Shown one piece after another: positions 54,316 through 63,642 of a stretch of DNA of 64,000 nt. Location of the stretch: the NCBI GenBank assembly GCA_000406005.1, contig ASZN01000015.1, positions 15,542-79,541 of the forward strand, read 5' to 3'. Below the pieces are notes generated by a model, which ran no database searches, was not told the DNA's origin, and saw nothing but the letters and a program-made list of their open reading frames with translations. This DNA comes from Candidatus Poribacteria bacterium WGA-3G (GTDB lineage: Bacteria; Poribacteria; WGA-4E; WGA-3G). Position numbers and translations under genes: made by a program. Position 1 is the stretch's first letter, and each line of letters begins with the position of its first letter.

Positions 54316-55284
54316 TTACGGCGATACACTTTTCGCACAACGGAATCCGAGCGCACCGATACCCGCATACTTCGGACTTGTTCCGTGTCGATTTGAGGCA
54401 CGCAACCATTCAGGTTCGCTATTCCAGCCACCACCACGGATGACGCGGAAATCTATGATGTTCTCGAAATCGTTAACAATCTCGTCAACGTTGTCCGCAC
54501 CTGCGGTCGGGTTTCGGCGGGGCGAGTTCGCATAGAAATCGGCTTCGTAGCCGTCAAGGCACCACTCCCACACGTTTCCAGCGATGTCGTGTACACCGTA
54601 GTCGTTCGCAGGATACTCGCCGACAGCTGTGGTTATACCGATATTCTTGCCGTAGTTTGCCCGGTTGAAATTGATGCCGTTACCCCACGGATACTGTTTT
54701 TTCTTTAACCCGCCGCGCGCTGATTTTTCCCATTCCGCTTCTGTCGGTAAACGTTTGTCCATCCAGACCGCATAAGCCATCGCAGCATACCAACTCACAT
54801 AACGGACAGGTTGTTCGCGTTCACCAAGCGGGAAGTTATTTCCGTTCCAATCCTGCAGATAATTACCATCGTGGAACTTTTCATCAATCTGTTCTTTCTG
54901 CCATGCTGGATTTGCAAGAACGAAATCCTTGAATTCGCCGTTAGTTATCTCGTTTGCATCTATGTAAAACGCGTCGAGGTGGACGGTATGCACCGGTTGT
55001 TCATCGGGATCAGCGTTTCCATTATTGCTGCCCATCTCAAACTCGCCTTCCGGAATGAGAACCATTCCATCCGGGATTATCGGTTCCGGTGCAGGCTCTG
55101 CTGCAGGTTCCGGGACAGGTTCGGGAGTTGATGTAATCTCAGTGCTTGGATCCGCACCCACTAATTCCGTCGGGCTAACCTCATCTGCTTCTTCACCTTG
55201 CCCACAACTCAGAATATAAAGAACAAAAAAACATATAAGTGCTAAACCTATCCGTCTAAATAACATTTCCATGACTCCCAACAT
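54316..55284 (-). CDS. FGE-sulfatase domain lipoprotein
   Basis: Lipobox ILSC, Pro/Glu linker (PEPVPEPAAEPAPEP), full FGE motif set. The ATG overlaps the TGA of the upstream gene. Confidence 0.9.
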   Translation of the reverse strand: MLGVMEMLFRRIGLALICFFVLYILSCGQGEEADEVSPTELVGADPSTEITSTPEPVPEPAAEPAPEPIIPDGMVLIPEGEFEMGSNNGNADPDEQPVHTVHLDAFYIDANEITNGEFKDFVLANPAWQKEQIDEKFHDGNYLQDWNGNNFPLGEREQPVRYVSWYAAMAYAVWMDKRLPTEAEWEKSARGGLKKKQYPWGNGINFNRANYGKNIGITTAVGEYPANDYGVHDIAGNVWEWCLDGYEADFYANSPRRNPTAGADNVDEIVNDFENIIDFRVIRGGGWNSEPEWLRASNRHGTSPKYAGIGALGFRCAKSVSP

Positions 55285-56618
55285 CAATAAACCTCCAAAT
55301 AATTGTCAGTTTCCCACTGGCTGACACGCAAGTGGTAGTCGCGCCACTCCTTGCGTTTCACCTGAATATAATAATCGGCGTACGTTGTTCCAAGTGCATT
55401 CTTGATCACTTCGTCTTGTTCGAGCGCGGCTGCAGCTGCGTCGAGCGTCGCGGGGAGAGAATTAATTCCGCGGCGTTGTAATTCAGATTCCGACACTTCA
55501 TAAAGATTGTCCTCATTTTGCACGCCAGGATCGATTTGGTTTTCGATGCCATCGAGTCCTGCTGCAAGGAGGACTGTCGCCGCAAGATAAGGGTTCGCCG
55601 CACCGTCGCCCAAGCGGTTTTCGATGCGCCCGGGTGCAGGAATCCGAATCATCTGCGTCCGATTGTTTGCACCGTAGGTAACATAAACGGGTGCCCACGA
55701 TGAACCCGAACGCGGTGGTCTACGAACCAAGCGTTTGTAACTATTCACCAGTGGGTTTGTGACTGCCGTGACCGCATCGGCGTGTTTAAGAACCCCCCCG
55801 GTGAACCAATAAGCGAGTTGAGAAAGTCCGTTCCGATTTGTCTCATCGAGAAACAGATTCGTCTGATTCTCCGTATCCCAGAGGCTCATGTGGAAGTGCG
55901 CGCCGTTACCCGTTAAATTCGTGAACGGTTTTGGCATAAAAGTTGCCAGCAGTCCACGGTCTTCGGCAAGCGTCTTGACCATCCACTTGAAAAAGGTATG
56001 TCGATCGGCTGTCGCCAGCGCGTCCGAATACGTCCAGTTCGCCTCAAACTGACACGTACCATCTTCGTGGTCATTTGCGTATGGCTCCCACCCCAATTCT
56101 TGCATGTATTTGATCAAAGTCGTCATCATATCAAGATTGCGATGCAACGCTCTTAGATCGTAGCACGGCTTGTCAAGCCTATCGAGCTTGTCCCACGGCG
56201 CGTAGGCACCAGATTCGTCCTGCTTTAATAGCATGAATTCTGCCTCTATACCGACATTAAAAATGTAGCCTTTCGCCTTGGCAGCCGCTAATTGCCGCCG
56301 CAGAATTGTTCTCGGGCAATAATGCCACGGCTTACCTTCAACATACATGTCCCCTGCTACCCATGCGATGTTTTCCCGCCACGGCACGGTTGTCAGCGAG
56401 CTAAAGTCAGGGATACTCGCCATCTCCGGATCGTGCGGATATTGACCGATCTCGCCCGCAGCAAAGCCACCGAAACCGGCACCCGCTTCCGCCATGTCTT
56501 CAAGGTGTGTAGACGGGATAACCTTTGCTTTTGGCGCACCACTCATCTCTACGAAAGAACAGAGAAAAAATTCAATGCCGTTTTCTTCTACTAAGCGTTT
56601 GACCTGTTCGATGGTCAT
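55284..56618 (-). CDS. glnT: Type III glutamate-ammonia ligase (GlnT; gamma-glutamylmethylamide synthetase-like)
   Basis: SFVEMSGAPKAKVIP, GAGFGGFAA, NDHED...QFEAN, FMPKPF..LTGNG.H.H.SLW, SYKRL, NNRTQMIR.P..GR.E.R..DGAANPYL. Confidence 0.8.
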   Translation of the reverse strand: MTIEQVKRLVEENGIEFFLCSFVEMSGAPKAKVIPSTHLEDMAEAGAGFGGFAAGEIGQYPHDPEMASIPDFSSLTTVPWRENIAWVAGDMYVEGKPWHYCPRTILRRQLAAAKAKGYIFNVGIEAEFMLLKQDESGAYAPWDKLDRLDKPCYDLRALHRNLDMMTTLIKYMQELGWEPYANDHEDGTCQFEANWTYSDALATADRHTFFKWMVKTLAEDRGLLATFMPKPFTNLTGNGAHFHMSLWDTENQTNLFLDETNRNGLSQLAYWFTGGVLKHADAVTAVTNPLVNSYKRLVRRPPRSGSSWAPVYVTYGANNRTQMIRIPAPGRIENRLGDGAANPYLAATVLLAAGLDGIENQIDPGVQNEDNLYEVSESELQRRGINSLPATLDAAAAALEQDEVIKNALGTTYADYYIQVKRKEWRDYHLRVSQWETDNYLEVY

Positions 56619-56739
56619 GAAACGTTCTCCTATATCCTAAAATGTAAAAATACTATCTATAAATGCCGAAACATGCTAACATTATAACCGAACCCCTTAA
56701 AATTTCAAGGTTGAATCTTTCTGATAAAAGGAACAGACG

Positions 56740-58272
56740 ATGGCGTTCTTCTCTCGTTTCAATACAAAAGGGTCGCTGTTAATCGGTGTATTAATCGTCG
56801 CGTATCTATTGCCGATATGGTTGTTTCCCTATTTTCCGACACAAGACGGTGTGAGCCACGTCTATAACTCACAGATCTTGACGGAATACAACAACCCCGA
56901 ATATCAGTTTCGTGACTATTACGAGATCAACTGGTACCCGTTTCCGAACTGGATTTCTCACGCTTCGTTGGCGGTGTTGATGTTCGTCTTTCCGCCACTT
57001 ATCGCTGAGAAAATTTTTCTAAGCCTCTATGTAACACTGTTCCCACTCGCAATCTATTATTTCCTCAACGCTGTCCAACGCGAGCGACACGCACTCGTTA
57101 TACTCAGTTTCACCTTTATCTATAATTACCTCTTACTGATGGGGTTCTACAACTTTGCTGTCAGTGTGCCACTCTTTTTCCTCGCACTCGGCTACTGGTG
57201 GAAATATAAAGATGAGATGAACCTGAAACATCTCGTTCTCCTCAACCTACTCATCATCATCACCTATTTCGCACATCTCATCTCTTACGCATTTATCTTG
57301 TTCTCCATTGCGTTGTTGGCACTCCTCCATTTCAAGCGAGACTTCAAGCGAATTCTGATGACCGGATGCTACCTCTTACCCGCAGCTATGTTGCTTCTCG
57401 TCTACCTTCCGACATCCGACTTACTGGCAGGGGGACCACCTGAATTTGGATTTGGACGGGTCGGAGAATTGTTCGCCAACCTGATCGGTATGCATGTACT
57501 CATCTCCTACACCGAACCGCCAAGTTGGATTTCTGTTGCCATCGCTGCTTTTTTGATCTTTCTCGTTGTTACAACCCTCTGGCAGAATAGGAGAGGTGCT
57601 ACAGCAGAACACCCCGGACAGAAGGCGTTTCTCTACCTCGCTATAGTGCTGCTTGGACTCTATTTTATCCTGCCAAATTCGGTCGGTCCAGGCGGATGGG
57701 TCAATGATAGGCTCGCCATTTTAGCGACACTTGCCATTTTTGCATGGTTTCGCGGGTTTGACAATCTCCAATGGAAACGTGTTTTTACAGCAGTCGTCAC
57801 GTTGCTCGCGCTTGTTAACCTCGTTTATATCGGCATCCTTTTCAAGAGACTCAATACCGAAATCAGTGAGTTTAACGCTTTCGTCGAGCAGGTAGAGAAG
57901 AACAGTGTTATCCTTCCGCTTCACTTTGATCCGAGGGGCAGTTCCGAACGTGTCGGTATCTTCGTCAACGCTGCCAATTACTACTGTCTTGACAACGGCT
58001 GTATCAACCTTGGGAACTATGAGATACAGTTCGACTACTTTCCTGTCCGTTTCAACGCCGATTTTGAGACACCCTTAGATGAGAAAGAGTGGGTGCAAAC
58101 CGTTCATTGGCAACCCGAACGGATAGACCTCTGCGATTACGCTGATAATGTGGATTACCTATTGTTGTGGGACACGCCTGACGAACCCATCGTCGCTGAG
58201 GCGATTGAGGCGTGCTATACGCTGATCGCATCGGACGGGAAGTTAAAACTTTACAAAGGGCAGCGAGAATAA
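56740..58272 (+). CDS. Polytopic membrane protein (GT-C glycosyltransferase-like, uncertain)
   Basis: About 11-13 TM helices, early loop PTQDGVSH, soluble C-terminal domain. Confidence 0.6.
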   Translation: MAFFSRFNTKGSLLIGVLIVAYLLPIWLFPYFPTQDGVSHVYNSQILTEYNNPEYQFRDYYEINWYPFPNWISHASLAVLMFVFPPLIAEKIFLSLYVTLFPLAIYYFLNAVQRERHALVILSFTFIYNYLLLMGFYNFAVSVPLFFLALGYWWKYKDEMNLKHLVLLNLLIIITYFAHLISYAFILFSIALLALLHFKRDFKRILMTGCYLLPAAMLLLVYLPTSDLLAGGPPEFGFGRVGELFANLIGMHVLISYTEPPSWISVAIAAFLIFLVVTTLWQNRRGATAEHPGQKAFLYLAIVLLGLYFILPNSVGPGGWVNDRLAILATLAIFAWFRGFDNLQWKRVFTAVVTLLALVNLVYIGILFKRLNTEISEFNAFVEQVEKNSVILPLHFDPRGSSERVGIFVNAANYYCLDNGCINLGNYEIQFDYFPVRFNADFETPLDEKEWVQTVHWQPERIDLCDYADNVDYLLLWDTPDEPIVAEAIEACYTLIASDGKLKLYKGQRE

Positions 58273-58301
58273 AACGCTGAAAACGGAATTTGAGAGCGAC
58301 T

Positions 58302-59528
58302 TTAATACGTTCCCCGGAACGTGACGGTCGCTATCGTGTGTGTGTAGTTGAGGAAATCGAGGAACGGATCCATTTCGTTCGTGCGATTTTGGGTCATCTG
58401 ATAGTCGGCGTTGAGGGTTAGGTGTGTGTTAAACTGCCAGTTCAGCTGCAAGTTGGCACCTATCTGTCTATCGCTACGATCTGGAGCATCTTCCGTAATA
58501 ATTCCCATCTCGTTCAGAATCTGTCTGCCTTGAAAGTCTATCCACACTCTCGACAGCCGAAGTCTCAGCCACCGGCCCGTCTCAATTCTGTAAAAGGTAC
58601 TCGCCGCCACCTCCGTACTAACAAAGGTAAAGAAATCGACATTTGAACGGTTCATAAACAGGTTAACCTCTTCCTGAAACATGAGTTGTTCAGTCGCAAC
58701 TTGAATCAGTTTCGCAGAACCGATATGTCGCAAATCGTTTCGGCGTTCGTTATCCTCAAGTCCCGCCACACCTAAGATGAGGTTGTTTAAATTCGTCTCG
58801 TAGCTGCTCTGTTCTAACCCGTATTCCAGTTTACCGAGTATCTGTTTAAGGATACCGAACTGCAAGCGTGCTGTCGTGTTATGCGTGTTAGAACCGACGA
58901 GTAGGAAATCCTCTCTGCGAGATTCTGCATCGTCGAAACGGTGCAGACGAAAATTATATTCCAACACACGTCCGAACCGGAAACCGAATTGCTGCTCCAT
59001 GTTGTTATAGACATTTGAGGTTCGGAGGAGACGTTGCACCTGATAGGAGGCAACGATAGGCGGTAGACTCGCAACCGGTTGGAATCGAAGTTCAGTGGAT
59101 AGCGCGTTATTGAACGCGTTGAACTCGCTGAGTTTTCCTTCAGCACCGGTGTAGTTTTCAATTTGTGGCGTATATTGTAGTTTGAATCGGAGCTTATCGA
59201 CAACCGGTAAATCGCCGCTCAGGTTGACACCGAAGCGGTTAATCAAACCTGAAAGTTGCGGATCGTCTTGGCCAGCAAGACTACTGGTGTACGGATCGAC
59301 GCTCAAACCGAGTTCAATATGATTGTTGAACGTATTAGAGATGTGTGCATTGACGCTCAATTCTGCAGGTTCAGTTTCGGGCGTTTCAGGTTCCCTTTCG
59401 AGGAGGCTCTGTCCGAATTCGGTCTGAAGTTGCGCGTTGACGTTTTGGACATCAGCTAAAAATATACTGCCGAATAGTTGCGTTACAACGATCAAATATA
59501 TCCAAAAAAAATGAGTTCTTTTTTTCAC
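58302..59528 (-). CDS. Hypothetical outer membrane beta-barrel protein
   Basis: Signal peptide, amphipathic beta-strands, terminal ATVTFRGTY. Confidence 0.6.
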   Translation of the reverse strand: MKKRTHFFWIYLIVVTQLFGSIFLADVQNVNAQLQTEFGQSLLEREPETPETEPAELSVNAHISNTFNNHIELGLSVDPYTSSLAGQDDPQLSGLINRFGVNLSGDLPVVDKLRFKLQYTPQIENYTGAEGKLSEFNAFNNALSTELRFQPVASLPPIVASYQVQRLLRTSNVYNNMEQQFGFRFGRVLEYNFRLHRFDDAESRREDFLLVGSNTHNTTARLQFGILKQILGKLEYGLEQSSYETNLNNLILGVAGLEDNERRNDLRHIGSAKLIQVATEQLMFQEEVNLFMNRSNVDFFTFVSTEVAASTFYRIETGRWLRLRLSRVWIDFQGRQILNEMGIITEDAPDRSDRQIGANLQLNWQFNTHLTLNADYQMTQNRTNEMDPFLDFLNYTHTIATVTFRGTY

Positions 59529-59575
59529 ACACCAACTCCAATTTTGTAACAGGATAGTGCAGATACGATCTCTCT

Positions 59576-60052
59576 CTATGAGACTCGTTTCTGTTTTATC
59601 TCATCGGTTTGTTCGATTAATTTGGGATTTTTGTACCGATCAACAGCATAAACCCCGGTTCCCGGTTCACAAACTCTCAAGAAGTGTGGCATTCCACCGA
59701 GTCCAAGCGTTTCTATAAGCAAGTCAAGCCCGATTCTATAAAGGTCTTCGTCGGAAATCTCTTGGAGACGCTTTATTTCTGGTTTTCCATTGCCGCAAAT
59801 ATCCGTTTTCAGCTTGGTTATACGCTTATTCTCTATTTCTACTTTCTTATTAACCTGCCGAATTTGCTCAACAAGAGTGTCAATATCTGGTAAAGTGTCT
59901 AACCATTTATGTCTTTCGAGCGTGTAATTACCTGTTCGCGGCTCAATTTGATTAAGGAACCGGGACGTGCCAGCGGCACCAAAATTGTTAATAAGGGCAT
60001 CAATACCGAGGTGATAAACCTCACTGTCTGTTCTTTTTTTAAGGATTTTCAT
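59576..60052 (-). CDS. Putative antitoxin with an internally duplicated domain
   Basis: DSEVYHLGIDALINNFGAAGTSRFLNQIEPRTGNYTLER repeated as DEDLYRIGLDLLIETLGLGGMPHFLRVCEPGTGVYAVDR; overlaps the PIN gene. Confidence 0.65.
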   Translation of the reverse strand: MKILKKRTDSEVYHLGIDALINNFGAAGTSRFLNQIEPRTGNYTLERHKWLDTLPDIDTLVEQIRQVNKKVEIENKRITKLKTDICGNGKPEIKRLQEISDEDLYRIGLDLLIETLGLGGMPHFLRVCEPGTGVYAVDRYKNPKLIEQTDEIKQKRVS

Positions 60053-60494
60053 CTCTGATCACCTCCTGTAACCATTCATAAGGATTGGCAACTCGGACTT
60101 GTAGTTGTGAACCGAAACGCTTCGCTCTTTTGAGGATTCCGTCGTCTGTTGTGAGGAAGATATCTACATCACTGCTTTCAGCACAAGCGAGATGTAAAGC
60201 ATCTCCTTGCTTGAACCCTAAAGATTCAAAATATTTTGCTTTTGAGGTTGCTGCTAAATCAATGATGACATTTTGATATACATAACTCAGATGAGATTGA
60301 ATTTGATCGCGTTTACGTTGATTTTGGGTGTTATTAACCTCAAATGCTAAAACTGCACTTCCAAACCAGAGCCATTGTCTGGTGGAACAATAGTTGAGAA
60401 TTGTTTCAACGGCTTCCGCTTCGCGCTGAATCCGGACGCTTGTTGCAATATCATCAAGGCGACTTAAGCAACACGTATCAAGATAAATTTTCAA
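60039..60494 (-). CDS. PIN-domain (VapC-like) toxin
   Basis: KIYLDTCCL, AFEV, DALHLACAE, FLTTDD. Confidence 0.85.
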   Translation of the reverse strand: MKIYLDTCCLSRLDDIATSVRIQREAEAVETILNYCSTRQWLWFGSAVLAFEVNNTQNQRKRDQIQSHLSYVYQNVIIDLAATSKAKYFESLGFKQGDALHLACAESSDVDIFLTTDDGILKRAKRFGSQLQVRVANPYEWLQEVIRDENP

Positions 60495-60554
60495 GTTGTA
60501 AGTGTTCCTTACTCAGTTACGCGGATCTTTTGTTGACAAAAGCGGCTCTCGTTT

Positions 60555-61325
60555 TTAGTCAATCATCCCCGTTTGGGGACTTGAAGCCGTCGCATAGAGT
60601 TTCCGAGGAATCCGCCCTGCTAAAAACGCCGCTCTACCCGCTTCGACGGCTTTTCTCATCGCCTCCGCCATCAGCACAGGACGATGCGCCTTCGCAACGG
60701 CTGTATTGAGTAAAACACCATCACACCCTAACTCCATCGCTATCGCTGCGTCTGAGGCTGTACCCACCCCAGCATCCACAATGAGCGGCACCTCCACAAG
60801 ATCGCGGATAATCTGAATGTTATATGGATTACGAATCCCCATCCCCGAACCGATCGGTGCACCCAACGGCATCACCGCTGCGCAACCGATGTCTTCTAAT
60901 TTCTTACAGGTAATCGGATCATCGTTACAATACGGTAGCACTGTGAAACCGTCTTTCACAAGTGTTTCTGCCGCGCTGAGCAGCTGCTCCACATCTGGAA
61001 ACAAAGTCTGATCGTCACCGATGACTTCGAGTTTGATGAGCACTGTCCCAAGGGCTTCGCGTGCAAGGTTCGCAGTCAGAATCGCGTCCTTTGCTGTGAA
61101 ACAGCCTGCTGTATTCGGCAGGATCGTCATGTCGCGTTCGCGGAGGAGCGAGAATAGGTTTTCGCCGGAGGCATCCGTAAATTTCACACGACGCATTGAC
61201 ACCGTCGCAATTTCGGCACCACTCGCGGCGATGGACTCCGTCATGATATGGAAATTCGGATACCCCGCCGTTCCGATTAGCAATCTGGATGTATAAGTTT
61301 GGTCTGCTATTTTGAATTCTTGCAT
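60555..61325 (-). CDS. thiG: Thiazole synthase
   Basis: [65 protein letters not shown]. Confidence 0.95.
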   Translation of the reverse strand: MQEFKIADQTYTSRLLIGTAGYPNFHIMTESIAASGAEIATVSMRRVKFTDASGENLFSLLRERDMTILPNTAGCFTAKDAILTANLAREALGTVLIKLEVIGDDQTLFPDVEQLLSAAETLVKDGFTVLPYCNDDPITCKKLEDIGCAAVMPLGAPIGSGMGIRNPYNIQIIRDLVEVPLIVDAGVGTASDAAIAMELGCDGVLLNTAVAKAHRPVLMAEAMRKAVEAGRAAFLAGRIPRKLYATASSPQTGMID

Positions 61326-61340
61326 TTTTTGTTTTTTTAA

Positions 61341-61421
61341 CGGCTGTCGGTTATCAGCCATCGGCTTTCAGTTAACAAAAGACTTCTTATCTGACGGCTG
61401 ATTGCTGACCCCTGACGGCTA
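61341..61421. repeat. Heptamer-armed palindromic element
   Basis: Left GGCTGTC-GGTTATC-AGCCATC-GGCTTTC-AGTTAA; the right arm reverse-complements to AGCCGTC-AGGGGTC-AGCAATC-AGCCGTC-AGA. Confidence 0.7.
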
Positions 61422-61424
61422 TTC

Positions 61425-61730
61425 TTATTTTTTGTAGAATTCTACGCCGACACGTTTAATCTCGGCAACCATCTCAGGGTTACGGATATTATCGAAAATG
61501 GATAGATCAATAGTGTAAGGCAGAAGTTGGTCGTCGAGATCGTTCGCGATTCGAGAAAGGATTATATGTGTCAACGCATCCCCACCGCGAAGCGTCAGAT
61601 CGATGTCGGACCCGTTTTTATAATCGCCTCTGGCGCGAGACCCGTATAATACGGCTTCTTCTACCTGTGGGTACCGCACGAGAATATCGCGGATTTTTTG
61701 GAGCGTCTGAGCAGACAAACCGTATTGCAT
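61425..61730 (-). CDS. Minimal nucleotidyltransferase (MNT) antitoxin-like protein
   Basis: LYGSRARGDYKNGSDIDL, LPYTIDL. Confidence 0.88.
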   Translation of the reverse strand: MQYGLSAQTLQKIRDILVRYPQVEEAVLYGSRARGDYKNGSDIDLTLRGGDALTHIILSRIANDLDDQLLPYTIDLSIFDNIRNPEMVAEIKRVGVEFYKK

Positions 61731-61732
61731 CC

Positions 61733-62158
61733 TTAAGCGGTTCCCTCCACTTTTAGTTGCTCCAGTCGAACGAGCAACTTCTCAAATTCAGCGAAATAAG
61801 CATTCCGGACAGTCGTAACAACTTGCGCTGCGGTCTCTTCATCGTAAGTATGTGAGGTTAGGTTGCGTTTCTCAACCATATCCATCCAGATTTCGCCGTT
61901 TTCAATCAGGCCATTTCTGAAAGCAGTCCGGGTCGTATCTCGCGAACCGTAAAGGTTCACTGTGCCTTGTGCTTCGAGGAAATTTTTCAAGGTCTTCCAA
62001 GCGAGTTCATGCGTGTATTCAAACCCTTGTATCAATCCTTGTGCTTCTAAGTCTGAAAGCTCCCGTTGTTCCGCAAGTTTGATGGCTGCCCTTAAGCGAT
62101 CCAAAGCCCTTTCAAAACTATTTGCACGTTGAATCCAGCGAACCTCTTGGCTTTGCAT
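61733..62158 (-). CDS. HEPN protein (HI0074 nucleotidyltransferase substrate-binding family)
   Basis: GLIQGFEYTHELAWKTLK, RNLTSHTY (Rx4H). Confidence 0.88.
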   Translation of the reverse strand: MQSQEVRWIQRANSFERALDRLRAAIKLAEQRELSDLEAQGLIQGFEYTHELAWKTLKNFLEAQGTVNLYGSRDTTRTAFRNGLIENGEIWMDMVEKRNLTSHTYDEETAAQVVTTVRNAYFAEFEKLLVRLEQLKVEGTA

Positions 62159-62263
62159 AGTATGGTGCCTACAAATCTGTCCTTGAACTTTTTCAATTAG
62201 TATAGCAGGTAACAAACCAGTCTATCAAGTGCTTTCCGAAGTCTCAATTCACCTTACAACCCG

Positions 62264-62470
62264 CTAACCGCCTTGGACAGCACGTATAATCTCTACATCG
62301 CTATTTTCACAGAGTTTCGTCTCTTGCCACGCCGTTTTCGGAATAACCACCTGATCCACAGCAACAGCGATACCTGCCTGCACCGGCTCTAATTCTAAAG
62401 CGATGAGCAGATCGTAAACATTTATGTTGAGGCGAACCTCTTTTTTTTCTCCATTCACGTGTATTTTCAT
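62264..62470 (-). CDS. thiS: Sulfur carrier protein ThiS
   Basis: MKIHVNGE...IAVAVDQ.VIP...EIIRAVQGG (terminal GG). Confidence 0.92.
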   Translation of the reverse strand: MKIHVNGEKKEVRLNINVYDLLIALELEPVQAGIAVAVDQVVIPKTAWQETKLCENSDVEIIRAVQGG

Positions 62471-62487
62471 CTTTTTCTGTGTGCCTA

Positions 62488-63624
62488 CTATTTTAAAAAC
62501 CTATCCAATTGAAATGGAAGGATGACCTCTGAAGTTTCACCGGTCAGAACCAGTTTGGCGACCTCGTAAGCCGTAATCGGTGTAAGTAAAATACCGTTGC
62601 GATAGTGACCTGTGGCATATATCAGGTTCTCAACAGGCGTTTTACCGAGTATAGGCGCGTTGTCTCTGCTCCCCGGACGTAAACCTGCCCATGTTTCGAG
62701 GATCGGCAATTCATAGACACCCGGCACCGCTTCCCACGCACCCCGGAGCAGTTCAAACACACCACCAACCGTTAAACGTGTGTCGAACCCCATCTCCTCG
62801 ATCGTCGCACCGACAATCAGCCTGCCGTCAGTTCTCGGAACCAGATACACCGATGTCGGATACCTTGCTCGGACAGTACGGATAACCGAATTGATGGCGA
62901 TGCCTTCTTCCATCTGCAGTGCCAGCATCTGTCCTTTCACAGGACGCACGGGTGGAACGATGGCATCTGGAATGCCTGCTATCTGCGCCGACCAACATCC
63001 CGCTGAAAGAATAACAGTATCAGCGTTTTGGAAACCGTCCTGTGTCTGAATACCCATTGCGATTCCGTTTTCAATGACGACCCTTTCAACCGTACTGTTT
63101 CCGTGTAATGCGCCACCGTGCTGCTGATAGGCGCGCTGCAGGGCGGTTACCATAAGCCGATTATCAACTTGGTAATCGCTTGCACAGTGAATCGCTGCCG
63201 TCACACGAGGTGAGAGCGCCGATTCAATATCACGCGCCTCCCGACCCGTCAACCAGTTCACGTCGAGTCGTAAATTCCGTTGCGCCTCGTAAAGATGGCG
63301 GAGTTGATGCGTGTCGTCAGGCGCTAACCCCACAATGAGCGTGCCTTCATCCCGATAGCTGACAGACATCTGCGCCTCTGCCTCTAATTCGGCGACCCAT
63401 TGCGAATAACGTTCTAAACTTTGGCAGCCGAGTTTGAGGAGCTCCGGCTCTTCGCTATGTGCCTCAGCGAGTGGTGCAAGCATACCCGCAGCTGCCCAAG
63501 AGGCGGCGCGGCCGACTTCTGAGCGATCGTAAATAGTGACAGCGGCACCCGCCTTCGCAAGCTGCCACCCAATACCGAGTCCTATCACGCCGCCACCGAT
63601 AATAATTATCTTCTTGTATGTCAT
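62488..63624 (-). CDS. thiO: Glycine oxidase ThiO
   Basis: IIGGGVIGL, ASWAAAGMLAP, PVKGQM, YLVPR.DG, WAGLRPG, GHYRNGILL. Confidence 0.92.
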   Translation of the reverse strand: MTYKKIIIIGGGVIGLGIGWQLAKAGAAVTIYDRSEVGRAASWAAAGMLAPLAEAHSEEPELLKLGCQSLERYSQWVAELEAEAQMSVSYRDEGTLIVGLAPDDTHQLRHLYEAQRNLRLDVNWLTGREARDIESALSPRVTAAIHCASDYQVDNRLMVTALQRAYQQHGGALHGNSTVERVVIENGIAMGIQTQDGFQNADTVILSAGCWSAQIAGIPDAIVPPVRPVKGQMLALQMEEGIAINSVIRTVRARYPTSVYLVPRTDGRLIVGATIEEMGFDTRLTVGGVFELLRGAWEAVPGVYELPILETWAGLRPGSRDNAPILGKTPVENLIYATGHYRNGILLTPITAYEVAKLVLTGETSEVILPFQLDRFLK

Positions 63625-63642
63625 TAATTCTATGCGAAACGG

